The notes under the pieces: model-generated
Told to the model about the DNA's origin: nothing
The model's input: the letters and a program-made list of their open reading frames with translations, nothing else
Database searches by the model: none
Position numbers and translations under genes: made by a program
Part shown: one piece after another, positions 19,157 to 29,115 of the stretch
Position numbering within the stretch: the stretch's first letter is position 1
How the letters are laid out: each line of letters starts with the position of its first letter
Origin: a virus
Direction: 5' to 3' (one strand)
DNA: 64,000 nt
Virus record (IMG/VR): IMGVR_UViG_3300017917_004222
Location: 32,001 to 96,000 of that record

Positions 19157-22100
19157 CAAATAACTCCACTGCCAGGGGCGGTACGTAGATTGGTACTTGT
19201 CAATGCTTCAATCACTTCGATATTTTCGATCAATGCAGCATTTGCAAAAATTTCATTTGGTTCACAGCGAATTTCATACAGATCACCAAAGCTCTTTTGT
19301 GTATCCAGGGGAACTAGAACCACGCTGCTCACAATGGTTCCCAGCTGCTGGTGCAGGTATGCAGCCAACTCGCTGAAATAGAAGGTGTCGCCGAAGTTCC
19401 ACTTGTCAATGCTGAAGTAGTCGTTCATGGCCGACAGAACCGAGTTCTTGATTTCGCTCGAACTGGCTGTGGATCCTTGTGCACGGATCACTTTGACAGT
19501 TGCTCGCAAGCTGGCATCGGCTTTGGCGCCAAACAACGGCTTGAACGTCACACTGTTGAGAACGATGTTGTCACTCAGCATCTTGTAGTCTTGTAGTCCC
19601 TGGTAAGCTGTATTTAACTCGTCCATGGTGGGCACTTCTGGCTTGGCCACAGTGTTTGTGGTATCTCGCAGCCAGTTCTGATATGCTGTGTAGTAGGACT
19701 GTGTTACCACATAGATGTCAATGATGTTTGTGGTGCCTGGATCAATACGATTGGTCAAGGGCGAGTTGTGACGATACTGGAAGTACAGTCCCTGGCGTCC
19801 GGTCTTGGCAATCCACCCGGTCAGCGCTGTGAGCTGGCGTGCTCCAGTTGGTGTCAAGTCCAAGCGATAAAACACTTGGTCAGTTGTGGTGTAGAAAATT
19901 TGTCCCGGAGTCCATTCGGCCTTGGCCAACTCCAGCTGTGCCAAGGTGGCATAGTCATAGTTGACTCGGCCAGGCTCGACCAGCACATATCGTTGCAGGT
20001 TATCAAAGTCCACAATCTGTTCAAATGACACCAGCTTGCTGTTGGCGTTGACATTGGGTGCAACAATTTCGTCAAAGAAGTCTGGATTGTCAGGCACCCC
20101 ATCACTGTCGTTGTCGCGATAGCTGACCAGGACCTGGAAGTCATCCACATAGCCGTCGCTTTCAACCGGCTGACCCACAATGGTCATGTAGATGTCGCTC
20201 TGCAGCGGACTGGTGCTGTCGGGTTGGCTGTTCATGGCCAACACGTTCACATAGTCGCGAATCACAGTACCACTGCGGCTGTCGTAAATGGGCGAGCCAT
20301 CGTAGTAGAAGAATCTGGTTTGAAGCACACTGCCAAATGAGTAGGCTAGACCACGAGTGGTCACGGTGTAAATGTCGTTCTGTGCCACAAACTGCACCAG
20401 CCATGATGCATCCAGCACACCAGGAGTAGTGGAACCTGCATTGGCCAGACTCCATGCGGCATCAACTGCTAGGTTTGCACCTGGGATCAAGTACCAGGTG
20501 CCTGCAGTGCCAGTGACCACACCGTCGTTGTCGTATCCAATACCAAAATTTCTGTACAACAACATCTGTTCAACCATTTGTGTCTGCAATGCAGATGGCA
20601 GTGTTGTCACAAAAGCTGGAATGATGCTGTCAACCACAGCGCCAGTGGGCACAAAGTTGTTGAGTGTAACTGGACCTTGGCCGCTGGCAAGATTGCCTTG
20701 GCCGTTGTTGCTGCCATCGCCCACGATGCTGACTGGGGACGCCCAGATTTCCAGCTTTTCTTCGGGACGAGTGGGCACTCCGGTGCGGAGTCGATTGTTG
20801 GCGTCAAAGTAGTATCCTGCTGGCGGAACAAACTTGATCAAGCTGCGCGGAGCCACATACTGGAAGCTGGTGCTGCTGTAGGTGGGACCCACGGCCACTG
20901 GTGCCTCGGCTTGGTTCCTAAAGAAGCCAGTGGTCTCGTTGGTGAGTGTGGTGCTCTGCGACCAGGTGCTGCCAATAGTGGTGCCAGTGTTGACTGTGAT
21001 TCTTGGATAGTTAGCGTAGTAGAACTGCTTGACCACCTCCTTGAGCAGTTCGGGCTGCACCTGGTTGGTGATAAAGTTACTGATCTCGTTGCGGTTTGTG
21101 TAACTGAACAACAAGGTGGGAGTCACGTCTTCTTGCCACAATCCGCCGTCGCTACCAAATGTGTTGGTAGAGCTGTATTTGCCGGTATTGTCTACCAAGT
21201 CAAGATAACGACTGGTTCCAATGCTGGCACGGTTCACAGCCTTGCTCTTGATGATGCTGTTGTACTGAGTGTATGGGAACAGGTTGTAGTCTTCGCCGTT
21301 GACCATGCGGTTCTGGGTGTAGTAACGAGCAGGTGCACGTTGCTTGATTTGGTCCAGACTTTCACGAGCTTGTGAGTTTGTGACCGGCTGAGTGATACCG
21401 CAAGTGAATGTGATGGTTTGCAGGTTGCCGTTGCGATCAATATAGCTGATGGGCAGCACCACATTCTGCATTTCTTCAGGGTTGATGATGTACTGCAGGC
21501 CGTTGCTGCTGCGAACATATGCGCGGAATGTGCCCACTGGAATTTCGCTGAACACGCCGTCGCCAAACACCATGGTGATTTGATCGTTGGCGCGACTTGT
21601 GGTGGTGTAAATGGGTCTCAACTGTGTGGCCAACTGTTCAGCACCTGCGGCATAGATGTTTTCAACATAGGTCCACTCGCGGCTGATGTTGCCCACGTTG
21701 TCCAGCTGGAACAACCAACGATCGCTGTTGTTGATACCTTCAATGTTGATGTTGACTGTGCGGTTGGCAATGCGCTCGGGCAAGTTGAAGTCTTGGTTCA
21801 GCAGGGTGCCTTGCTTGAACAAAAAGAAGAAGCCGTTGTTGGCGCTGCTGTAGCCCAGGCTATCGTTGCGATACAACACGTTGAACGCAGAGTTTGGCAC
21901 CGGGCTGGGTTCATACACATAGTCTTCGCCCACGCTGGTGGATGTCACAGCCTCAAACGGCATGTTCACCCCGTCAACAATAGACGAGTATGGAATCACT
22001 GGAATGAAACCAGGCACCAAATTGATGGCGTACTCTTCGGTCCGCACGCCCAGGATGTTTTGACTGTTGCCCGGACGGCCCACACGCTGGCTGTCTACTA

Positions 22101-22590
22101 GGGATGCATTCACAATCGCGGTCCACTGTTCCAACCAATCGGGGTTGGTGGGATCAGCCCAGTTCACAGTGATGTTGCTGAGATTCACACCGTTGTAGTC
22201 CACCACGTTTTCGGTTGTGGTCACACTGAATGCTTTGAGATAGCCCGAAGCGCAGGTGTTGCGCTTGGGAGTATAGCTCACAAGATTGGCCAGGCGCACT
22301 GCTGAGTCACGACGTTCGGCAGTGTCAAGATAGTTTTCACGAGTGTTGAGGTCAGTACGGAATGCAAGGCTCTGACCCATGAATGCAATGATGTCCAACA
22401 AGGCAATGAATTCACTGCTCTCGATGTAGTCGTTGAATGTTTCGGGGTAGTACAGTCGAAGATAATCAACAAAGCTCTTGCGCAGAGTTTCAAAGTCATA
22501 GCTTTGGAAGTCTGCTTCGCGGTAGGTTTGATAGATCTGTTTCCAGTCTTCAACCCCAAAAATTGCTGTTTGTCGTGTGGTTTTTGCCAT
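19156..22590 (-). CDS. gp6: Baseplate wedge subunit, T4 gp6-like
   Basis: 'DFETLR...YL...FNDY.ESS...ENYLDTAERRDS..RLA..VSY.PKR', 'FGDG' and 'ESLDQIKQRAP..YYTQNRMVNGEDY' motifs. Confidence 0.85.
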   Translation of the reverse strand: MAKTTRQTAIFGVEDWKQIYQTYREADFQSYDFETLRKSFVDYLRLYYPETFNDYIESSEFIALLDIIAFMGQSLAFRTDLNTRENYLDTAERRDSAVRLANLVSYTPKRNTCASGYLKAFSVTTTENVVDYNGVNLSNITVNWADPTNPDWLEQWTAIVNASLVDSQRVGRPGNSQNILGVRTEEYAINLVPGFIPVIPYSSIVDGVNMPFEAVTSTSVGEDYVYEPSPVPNSAFNVLYRNDSLGYSSANNGFFFLFKQGTLLNQDFNLPERIANRTVNINIEGINNSDRWLFQLDNVGNISREWTYVENIYAAGAEQLATQLRPIYTTTSRANDQITMVFGDGVFSEIPVGTFRAYVRSSNGLQYIINPEEMQNVVLPISYIDRNGNLQTITFTCGITQPVTNSQARESLDQIKQRAPARYYTQNRMVNGEDYNLFPYTQYNSIIKSKAVNRASIGTSRYLDLVDNTGKYSSTNTFGSDGGLWQEDVTPTLLFSYTNRNEISNFITNQVQPELLKEVVKQFYYANYPRITVNTGTTIGSTWSQSTTLTNETTGFFRNQAEAPVAVGPTYSSTSFQYVAPRSLIKFVPPAGYYFDANNRLRTGVPTRPEEKLEIWASPVSIVGDGSNNGQGNLASGQGPVTLNNFVPTGAVVDSIIPAFVTTLPSALQTQMVEQMLLYRNFGIGYDNDGVVTGTAGTWYLIPGANLAVDAAWSLANAGSTTPGVLDASWLVQFVAQNDIYTVTTRGLAYSFGSVLQTRFFYYDGSPIYDSRSGTVIRDYVNVLAMNSQPDSTSPLQSDIYMTIVGQPVESDGYVDDFQVLVSYRDNDSDGVPDNPDFFDEIVAPNVNANSKLVSFEQIVDFDNLQRYVLVEPGRVNYDYATLAQLELAKAEWTPGQIFYTTTDQVFYRLDLTPTGARQLTALTGWIAKTGRQGLYFQYRHNSPLTNRIDPGTTNIIDIYVVTQSYYTAYQNWLRDTTNTVAKPEVPTMDELNTAYQGLQDYKMLSDNIVLNSVTFKPLFGAKADASLRATVKVIRAQGSTASSSEIKNSVLSAMNDYFSIDKWNFGDTFYFSELAAYLHQQLGTIVSSVVLVPLDTQKSFGDLYEIRCEPNEIFANAALIENIEVIEALTSTNLRTAPGSGVI

Positions 22591-22646
22591 GCTCGGTCAA
22601 CCTTGAGTTTTAGTCATGTATTTATTGACTCTAAAAACTGTGGGTT

Positions 22647-23021
22647 TTATACGTAGCTGGCGTTGCGAGTTTGTTGATCGAAAAATATGCTGAGTATCTC
22701 AGCGTTGGTTGTGCTGACCTGTTGCAACAACAGTTCAATCAGCACACCGTTGTCTTGTGGGAAGATGTTGATTTGACTCACAAAAAGTCTAGGGTCGCCG
22801 CCGGCCAAGCGCTGCACTTCACTCACAATGCCTTGACTGGTGGCTTCCACTTGGTTTTCAAACAAGAAGTCCCAGATCACAGTTCCGTAACCTGGGCGGC
22901 CCGGCAACTCGCCCTGCCGTATGTTAAAGGCATTGAGAAAGTCGCGTTTGATCAATTCAAAGTCAGTTAGGGTAAACTTTTTGAATTGGCCTTGTGTGTT
23001 GAAACCAATGTATGTAGGCAT
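22647..23021 (-). CDS. gp25: Baseplate wedge subunit, gp25-like
   Basis: 'LIKRD.LN.FN.RQGE.PG.PGYG..IWD.LFE...DPR' gp25/GPW motif; next to gp6. Confidence 0.85.
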   Translation of the reverse strand: MPTYIGFNTQGQFKKFTLTDFELIKRDFLNAFNIRQGELPGRPGYGTVIWDFLFENQVEATSQGIVSEVQRLAGGDPRLFVSQINIFPQDNGVLIELLLQQVSTTNAEILSIFFDQQTRNASYV

Positions 23022-23029
23022 ACTGATAT

Positions 23030-24547
23030 TTACCTGGCTTGATTGATGTAGACATCACCGGAGTTTCTCAGCACAATCTGCTGAACTTCTGCAAACAGTC
23101 TAGCAATGACTTCTTGTAATCTTGCAATCTCAGCTTCGGTTGAACTCTGGGCCTGTGTGAGCGTGCCAATCAAGCTGGTGCTTTGATCCCGCTGCAATGT
23201 TCCTTGTGCAATGGCTGCCAGTGTTTGCAACCTTGGACCAGACTGATACACAATTTGTAAATATTCCTCTTGCAGTGCGAACAACTGCTCGGGCGTGATG
23301 TTTCCGGTATCACGATACACCTGTAGTCGGTCTTGAATACTGGTGAGTGTGGCCACTGTGCTGGCGCCAAATCTAGACACAACATCAACAGCCAACACCG
23401 AACTGTTGACTTCTTTTGGCAGCGGATTCGGAATCTTGGCACTGGAAAGAATTCGTGCGGCAGCGGCGTTGACTGTGGCTCTGGAAATGGTGTTCACTGC
23501 CGGTACTGGTACTCGTGTGCCACGCTCGCCCCCACCGCCGCCAAACAGCGAGCCCACTAGATTTACTGCGAACCCAGCCATGCTGCCCAGCTTGCTAAGG
23601 GCACCAGACACACCCTGCACCAGGGGCGAATTCTTGACCCAGGCAGCGGCTTGTGCCACACCCTTGGATGCCACGCTGGCCAGGGCACCGATTGAGCTGG
23701 ATGCCATGTTGGCAATGCTGACACCCAGTTGCTTGATCTGCTGCACCCCTTCGGTCATGAGTTTTTGTTGAACAAACGACTGCAGGTTGCCATTGGACAA
23801 CATGCCTTCGATGTTCTTGATGCCATCTTTGCCGGTCCATACCGACGAACTGGACAGCACATCTGACAGTGGGTTTTTGCCGCCGGCCAAGAACTTGTCA
23901 AATGTGCCAGGCTTGAGATAACCAGCTGCTTCTAACTGGGTTGCATTCAGCGCATATTTGCCGATACCATTTTCGGTGACACTGTTAACAGCCTGTCCAA
24001 ACTCTTTTTGTACCCCTGCCATGGCTGCCGACAGTTGCTGTGTGGACAAATTTGGGATCTGTGATGTCAACCCCGAAACAGACTTGGCGTATTCGCCCAC
24101 AGTCAACGGATCCGGAAGTGCAGTGGTGTTGATTTTGATTCCAACAGATGCTGCTGATTTTGCTCCAGCATCTGCAAATGCAGCTAGGTTGGGCACAGAA
24201 TCCACAACTCTTGTGCTGACTTGACTGAGCAGTGTGGCTGGTTGCAGCGATGTCAACGTGGTTGAGATTCCCGACACTTGTTGCAACAACGGTGCTGCTG
24301 CAGAAATCAATCCGTCAGCCACTTGTGTTGCTGCACTGAGCACATTGCCTGACTTGAATCCCACAAGGCTGCCCGACTTGATCTGTTGTTCAAAAATTGC
24401 CTTGGCTTGGTCCAAGGTCATGCCAGCTGGGCCTTTGATTTCAAAAACACGTGACGAACCTGGTGTGGCCACTAGAGTCGCTGCCAACTGGGCCGACGAC
24501 GAATTCAGTGAACCCGGCTCTGGAAGTTGGAATGTAAATGATGCCAT
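23030..24547 (-). CDS. Baseplate-associated protein with a possible lysozyme-like domain
   Basis: 505 aa between gp5 and gp25; central 'GKYALNATQLEAAGYLKPG...WTGKDGI...L.N..LQ' segment. Confidence 0.45.
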   Translation of the reverse strand: MASFTFQLPEPGSLNSSSAQLAATLVATPGSSRVFEIKGPAGMTLDQAKAIFEQQIKSGSLVGFKSGNVLSAATQVADGLISAAAPLLQQVSGISTTLTSLQPATLLSQVSTRVVDSVPNLAAFADAGAKSAASVGIKINTTALPDPLTVGEYAKSVSGLTSQIPNLSTQQLSAAMAGVQKEFGQAVNSVTENGIGKYALNATQLEAAGYLKPGTFDKFLAGGKNPLSDVLSSSSVWTGKDGIKNIEGMLSNGNLQSFVQQKLMTEGVQQIKQLGVSIANMASSSIGALASVASKGVAQAAAWVKNSPLVQGVSGALSKLGSMAGFAVNLVGSLFGGGGGERGTRVPVPAVNTISRATVNAAAARILSSAKIPNPLPKEVNSSVLAVDVVSRFGASTVATLTSIQDRLQVYRDTGNITPEQLFALQEEYLQIVYQSGPRLQTLAAIAQGTLQRDQSTSLIGTLTQAQSSTEAEIARLQEVIARLFAEVQQIVLRNSGDVYINQAR

Positions 24548-24551
24548 GATT

Positions 24552-26054
24552 TTACCTCGCTATGATTTCTACGCCGCCCGGCAGTGGTGTGGCACCTGGT
24601 GGCGGTGTTGGTGTTCCTTGTTCAAACTCCACGCTGACTTCAACACCTTTGTTGTGCCAGGGGTATGGTTCATGAGTGGGGGCTCGACTGACAATGCTCT
24701 GCAGCGATCCTGGTGCTTGTTGCCAACCCGAGCTGGTGTCAAACTTGGTGTCATCCAGCATGGTGGTTTCGGTTCCCTTGGGAGCAGTCACTGATGGGGC
24801 AGGGGCTGAATTGAGATCAATACCAGTGGCACTGAAAATCAAGCTACCGCCGCCGCTCCAGCTGCCAGCAGATGAACTTTGAAGAGCCAGTGTACCATCA
24901 GATTTTACACCAATGCCACTGCGGCTGTAGATGTTCAGCTTGTCTTGTGAAATCAAGTTGAGCTTTTTGGTGGCATCCAGTGTGATGTCGGCGTCGGCTC
25001 GCACATTGAAATTGCGCTTGGCATACATGTTGATGTCCTGGTCAGCATGCATGTTCAAGTCACCCTGTGTTCTAAGATTGATAGAGTTGGCTGCATACAC
25101 GTCCACAGTGCCCTCTGAACCCAGTTCAATCCAAGTCTGTCCGTTGGCATGAACAAAATACATGAAGTTGCCGCTGTCGCTCATGAGAATCTGATGCCCA
25201 GCCGATGTTCTGAATCGCATGAGCTTTTCATTGCCGTTGATGTCGCCATCGTCCATGACCAGGGTATGTCCACCCATGCGCCCAATCACTCGCATGTCGT
25301 TGGGAGTCAGCTGGCCAGCATCGGCACGAGATTTGAGGTTTTCCGGTGACATGCCACCTTGATAAATGGGGGTGCCTGGCGTACTGATACCGTAGCACTG
25401 ACTGGGACTTTCGCGCTGGCTGCTGGACATGATGGGGCCGCGCTCAAAATCGTTGATCAAGCCTTGTTGGAACATCACCGCAGCCACAGCACTTTGCACC
25501 GGACGAGGCTTGTCACTAAATCTACCCGAGCCCTCGTATGCTTGGTTGTTGATGTTGATTTCAGTCACAGGCAATCGGGCCGCTTGCGAAAAATACGCGG
25601 CCTGATTTGCATTCTCGGGCACAAAGTTGCTGCTGGCGCCAATTGCTGGCACCATGTAGCCCACGCTCTGCTCGGGTACTACGCCAATGTAAAACCCTTG
25701 GCTGCGGTCGCCGTTGGCAAAAATACACAACACAGTCAGCCCAACATCAGGGGGCGTAAACCACATGCCATAACTGTTGGGGTTGCCTGGGTAAGCACCG
25801 TCCCCGCTGTTGCCCGAGCTTGGCGGAGTGTAGCCAAAGAAGCTGGGCAAATAGCTGACTGTGGTCCACTTGCTGCTGTCGTCGGGATCGCCGTCGGCAA
25901 AGGTGGCAATGTACACTTGCAAGCGGCCGCTGCGGGTTGGGTCAATGTTGTTTTTGACTATGCCATAAAACGGACCAAATTCCGTGGGCACATCACCACG
26001 GTCCATTTTGTAGTTGACCGGGCGTCCACGACTGCGCTGATTATCTTGTGCCAT
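24552..26054 (-). CDS. gp5: Baseplate hub/central spike, gp5/VgrG-like
   Basis: OB-fold 'GIVKNNIDPTRSGRLQV..YGMWFTPPDVG..VLC.F'; 'RTSAGHQILMSD' and beta-helix repeats. Confidence 0.8.
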   Translation of the reverse strand: MAQDNQRSRGRPVNYKMDRGDVPTEFGPFYGIVKNNIDPTRSGRLQVYIATFADGDPDDSSKWTTVSYLPSFFGYTPPSSGNSGDGAYPGNPNSYGMWFTPPDVGLTVLCIFANGDRSQGFYIGVVPEQSVGYMVPAIGASSNFVPENANQAAYFSQAARLPVTEININNQAYEGSGRFSDKPRPVQSAVAAVMFQQGLINDFERGPIMSSSQRESPSQCYGISTPGTPIYQGGMSPENLKSRADAGQLTPNDMRVIGRMGGHTLVMDDGDINGNEKLMRFRTSAGHQILMSDSGNFMYFVHANGQTWIELGSEGTVDVYAANSINLRTQGDLNMHADQDINMYAKRNFNVRADADITLDATKKLNLISQDKLNIYSRSGIGVKSDGTLALQSSSAGSWSGGGSLIFSATGIDLNSAPAPSVTAPKGTETTMLDDTKFDTSSGWQQAPGSLQSIVSRAPTHEPYPWHNKGVEVSVEFEQGTPTPPPGATPLPGGVEIIAR

Positions 26055-26057
26055 GTG

Positions 26058-28811
26058 TTATGTCTCTTTGTTGATTTTTTGTGCTAGATTCGTCGCTGTG
26101 AGGCTGTTGGTTTCCAGCAATGCATTATTTGTCAGTCTTTTCACCACTGGTAGATCAAATGTGGCCACTACTTCTTCTGCTCCGCCTATGCCCGATGTTG
26201 GCGGTTGTGGTGGCGACGAGAAGTCCAGCGTGGGCGCAGGTTGTTGATTTGGCACGTTGGTTCCTTGCACTGTTCTAGCAGATGCAACCAGTGGTGCCGG
26301 CATCATGGGCAAGTTTGCCCTACCAAATTGCCCAGCTGATACCGATCCTGTGACCCCGCCAGTTGAAATTACAGAGGTGCCTGCAGCTCGTAGTCCCAGC
26401 CCTGTTGACTGAGGCAACGACAGTCGAGCCTGCCCCGAGTCTGCTCGTGCCACTGCTTGGGGCGAGCTTAGACCAAAGTTGGCCGATGCTTGCGGGTTGT
26501 TTCTTGATGAATCAGAGTTCTCTAGCAATGACGGTGTTTGAATCGAGTATGCTTTGTTTGTGGGATTGGGTTTGAGATACAAGTACAGACCACCCTCAAT
26601 TGTTTGTTCAAACTTGCCCTGCTTGAAATCATTTGTTACTTTGTAACATTGGTACACACGGGTTGCTACCGAGGATGTTTTTCCACGGGGATCAATAACT
26701 CCAGAATCCGCATTGTAATCAAACGGACGATTCCAGTTGATTTCAAACATCACCTGAGCGCTCTCATAATTGATGCTACCGTCAGGATTGAACGGTCCGC
26801 TGGGCTGAACCTGTCGGCCATATGCCAGACTACCTTGTTGAATCCATGCAGGATCGCCAAGAATTTTCATTTTGCATACAGCCAAGTCGCCTGGACTGTA
26901 CAAGCTGTCGGCCAGGCTGGCAGCCACTTCGTTGCCACGACCATCGCTACCTTGCCTAGATTCAGCGCTGGCGGGACTGTACTGATAGAATGGCTGATCG
27001 CGCTGAGCTTGTATTAGACTGCGGCGGGTCAGCTCGGCCAAGCTGTTGTTTGGATTGCTGCCACTGACAGTGATGTTGAACAATGTATTAAGCTGTTCTT
27101 GATAGTCCAAGACTTCAGTGTTTTCGCCAGTGAACCAATATTGATAGCTCTTGTGAACTCCTGGGAACTTGGGAGGCGCAAAATATTTACTTTCGTAGTT
27201 GGTCAGTTGATATTTGCTGATAACAAACGTCACCCGCTGAGCATAATCATTTCGCAGATCGTCGTAAGGTTCTATCTGTTCGCTGTAGGAAGTAATGTGA
27301 AACCAGCTTACTGGCTTTGTCTGCCCGTCTTTGGCTACTTCATCACCTGTTGTGGCATCAATTTGTGTTGTGGCTTGGTTGTAAACGTAGCTGCTGTTTC
27401 GAATGGCCAGTTCAATAGCTTGCACAATCTGCATGCCTGCTGTGATTGCATAATTTTTGCTGGTAGTGTCCTTGGACAAACGGTCCTGATTCACATTGCT
27501 GGGACTTTGGCTGGTTGGCGCAGCCATTGGTGTTTGTGCATCTTCTTTTTTGTTGCCCACCAATACCACTGTGGCGTCGCGAATTTCCTCAGCCCCTTCG
27601 GCAAACTCAATCCGATATTCGTCGGCAATGCGAGCCCTGGCGTTTGGCCCTACCAAGAGAGTGCGCTGAAACTCGTTCAGGGCGGCCATGAGACCTTGTT
27701 TGATATATCGTTTGGCACTAGGCGCCGAGTTGGCTTTTGAAGGATTGCCAGCTCTATCAAGTCCTCTCAACACACGTGGGTCTGACTCTGCTGTCTGTCG
27801 ACCTCGCTGGTCGACTGTGACCGAATCCGCATACACAGTGCCACCGCCCAGCAATTGTCCCACAGTGATTTCGCTCAACTGAATGTCGTACGGAATAGTT
27901 CCGCGCTTGGTTCCAAACCCAATGCCTTGCCCATACGGAAGGCACTCAAAATCATAGGTTACTGTTTTGTTTGATATGCCCCAGTTGATTTTTGCAATAC
28001 GGAAAGGAATGTACTTTTCCACAATTGCACTGGGGTCGGTGCGAGCACCTGCGCCGGGTTCAGAGATGCCAGTCACTAGGTTGCCGTTGGCGTCGTAGCC
28101 GTAAAATTTTAGCACCATGAGATATGCCGAGGCACCGTAATTTATAGTGCCACCAGCGCCCCGGGGCGCCTGATCTTGCACAGCTTGATATATGCGGTCG
28201 ATTAGACTGATACCATTGGGTTCTACTACCGTAAACTTCAAAGTAGCTGCCGAGTGTGCAGATCTAGTAGCCTTGCCAGCAGTGAGCGTCACTAGTTCAA
28301 TATCGTCAATGTAAAAATCAAGATCAAATGCCGGGTTTCTACCAGCATTGGCTTGATTTGCCTCGGTGGTGTCAGCTGCAATACTTTTGCTAGCCAGGGC
28401 CTTTTGGAATCCACCAACGTTGTCTGGTGCACCACCGCTTTGAAACAAAAGATTGTACGAATTCACAACCTTGCGATCGCCGCCCATGAAAGCGTTGTAT
28501 TGCCCCGGAGTCAACAAATAAACACTGGCTCGGTAGGTGTAACTGGCATAGTTAGACAACACATTGGGGCGAGGATCAACCCGGTCAATTGTTTGATTTC
28601 CTGCGGCGTTGACATTTAATTGACTGCCAACAAGGGTCGGTCCGGCGCTGTCATCGGCCTTGCGATTGTCTCCTGGTGCAGCCGCAGATGCAGCGCCAGG
28701 CACAGGTGAACTCACTGTGCTGATGCTGTTGCCGTTGGGACGGAAACTGGAACTTTTTACGCCCGGATCCGTCGCAGGATTGACCGGCTGCGGAGCATTG
28801 ATTTCACTCAT
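26058..28811 (-). CDS. Baseplate hub protein (gp27/Mu gp44-like)
   Basis: 917 aa between the gp53-like and gp5-like genes; 'PNVLSNYASYTY', 'MKILGDPAWI', 'Y.V.NDFKQGKFEQTI'. Confidence 0.6.
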   Translation of the reverse strand: MSEINAPQPVNPATDPGVKSSSFRPNGNSISTVSSPVPGAASAAAPGDNRKADDSAGPTLVGSQLNVNAAGNQTIDRVDPRPNVLSNYASYTYRASVYLLTPGQYNAFMGGDRKVVNSYNLLFQSGGAPDNVGGFQKALASKSIAADTTEANQANAGRNPAFDLDFYIDDIELVTLTAGKATRSAHSAATLKFTVVEPNGISLIDRIYQAVQDQAPRGAGGTINYGASAYLMVLKFYGYDANGNLVTGISEPGAGARTDPSAIVEKYIPFRIAKINWGISNKTVTYDFECLPYGQGIGFGTKRGTIPYDIQLSEITVGQLLGGGTVYADSVTVDQRGRQTAESDPRVLRGLDRAGNPSKANSAPSAKRYIKQGLMAALNEFQRTLLVGPNARARIADEYRIEFAEGAEEIRDATVVLVGNKKEDAQTPMAAPTSQSPSNVNQDRLSKDTTSKNYAITAGMQIVQAIELAIRNSSYVYNQATTQIDATTGDEVAKDGQTKPVSWFHITSYSEQIEPYDDLRNDYAQRVTFVISKYQLTNYESKYFAPPKFPGVHKSYQYWFTGENTEVLDYQEQLNTLFNITVSGSNPNNSLAELTRRSLIQAQRDQPFYQYSPASAESRQGSDGRGNEVAASLADSLYSPGDLAVCKMKILGDPAWIQQGSLAYGRQVQPSGPFNPDGSINYESAQVMFEINWNRPFDYNADSGVIDPRGKTSSVATRVYQCYKVTNDFKQGKFEQTIEGGLYLYLKPNPTNKAYSIQTPSLLENSDSSRNNPQASANFGLSSPQAVARADSGQARLSLPQSTGLGLRAAGTSVISTGGVTGSVSAGQFGRANLPMMPAPLVASARTVQGTNVPNQQPAPTLDFSSPPQPPTSGIGGAEEVVATFDLPVVKRLTNNALLETNSLTATNLAQKINKET

Positions 28812-28812
28812 G

Positions 28813-29115
28813 TCAATATCCTAGTGTCGATTTAAGGGTTGTGCCCTTGGGTAGATAGATGGTAACCCCTGCGGCAAAATCCAAAGGAGGTGCAGTGAGT
28901 GCGTTGGGGTTGCGTTGATAGAACACCCACCACAGGTTGCTGTTTTGATACAAGTCATGTGCCAGCAGGTCAGGCCTGTACTGATATGTTTGTGTGATGG
29001 TCCACAGCTGGTCATCGTTTTCTTTGGGTATGGGTCGATTCACCATGACATCAAGAAAGAACTGACTGTAGCCAGTGAGATAATACGGACTTGTGGCATC
29101 GTAATTTGCAGCCAT
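28813..29115 (-). CDS. gp53: Baseplate wedge protein, gp53-like (LysM-like)
   Basis: 'YQYRPDLLAHDLY..SNLWWVF..RN...G..IYLP' motif. Confidence 0.8.
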   Translation of the reverse strand: MAANYDATSPYYLTGYSQFFLDVMVNRPIPKENDDQLWTITQTYQYRPDLLAHDLYQNSNLWWVFYQRNPNALTAPPLDFAAGVTIYLPKGTTLKSTLGY

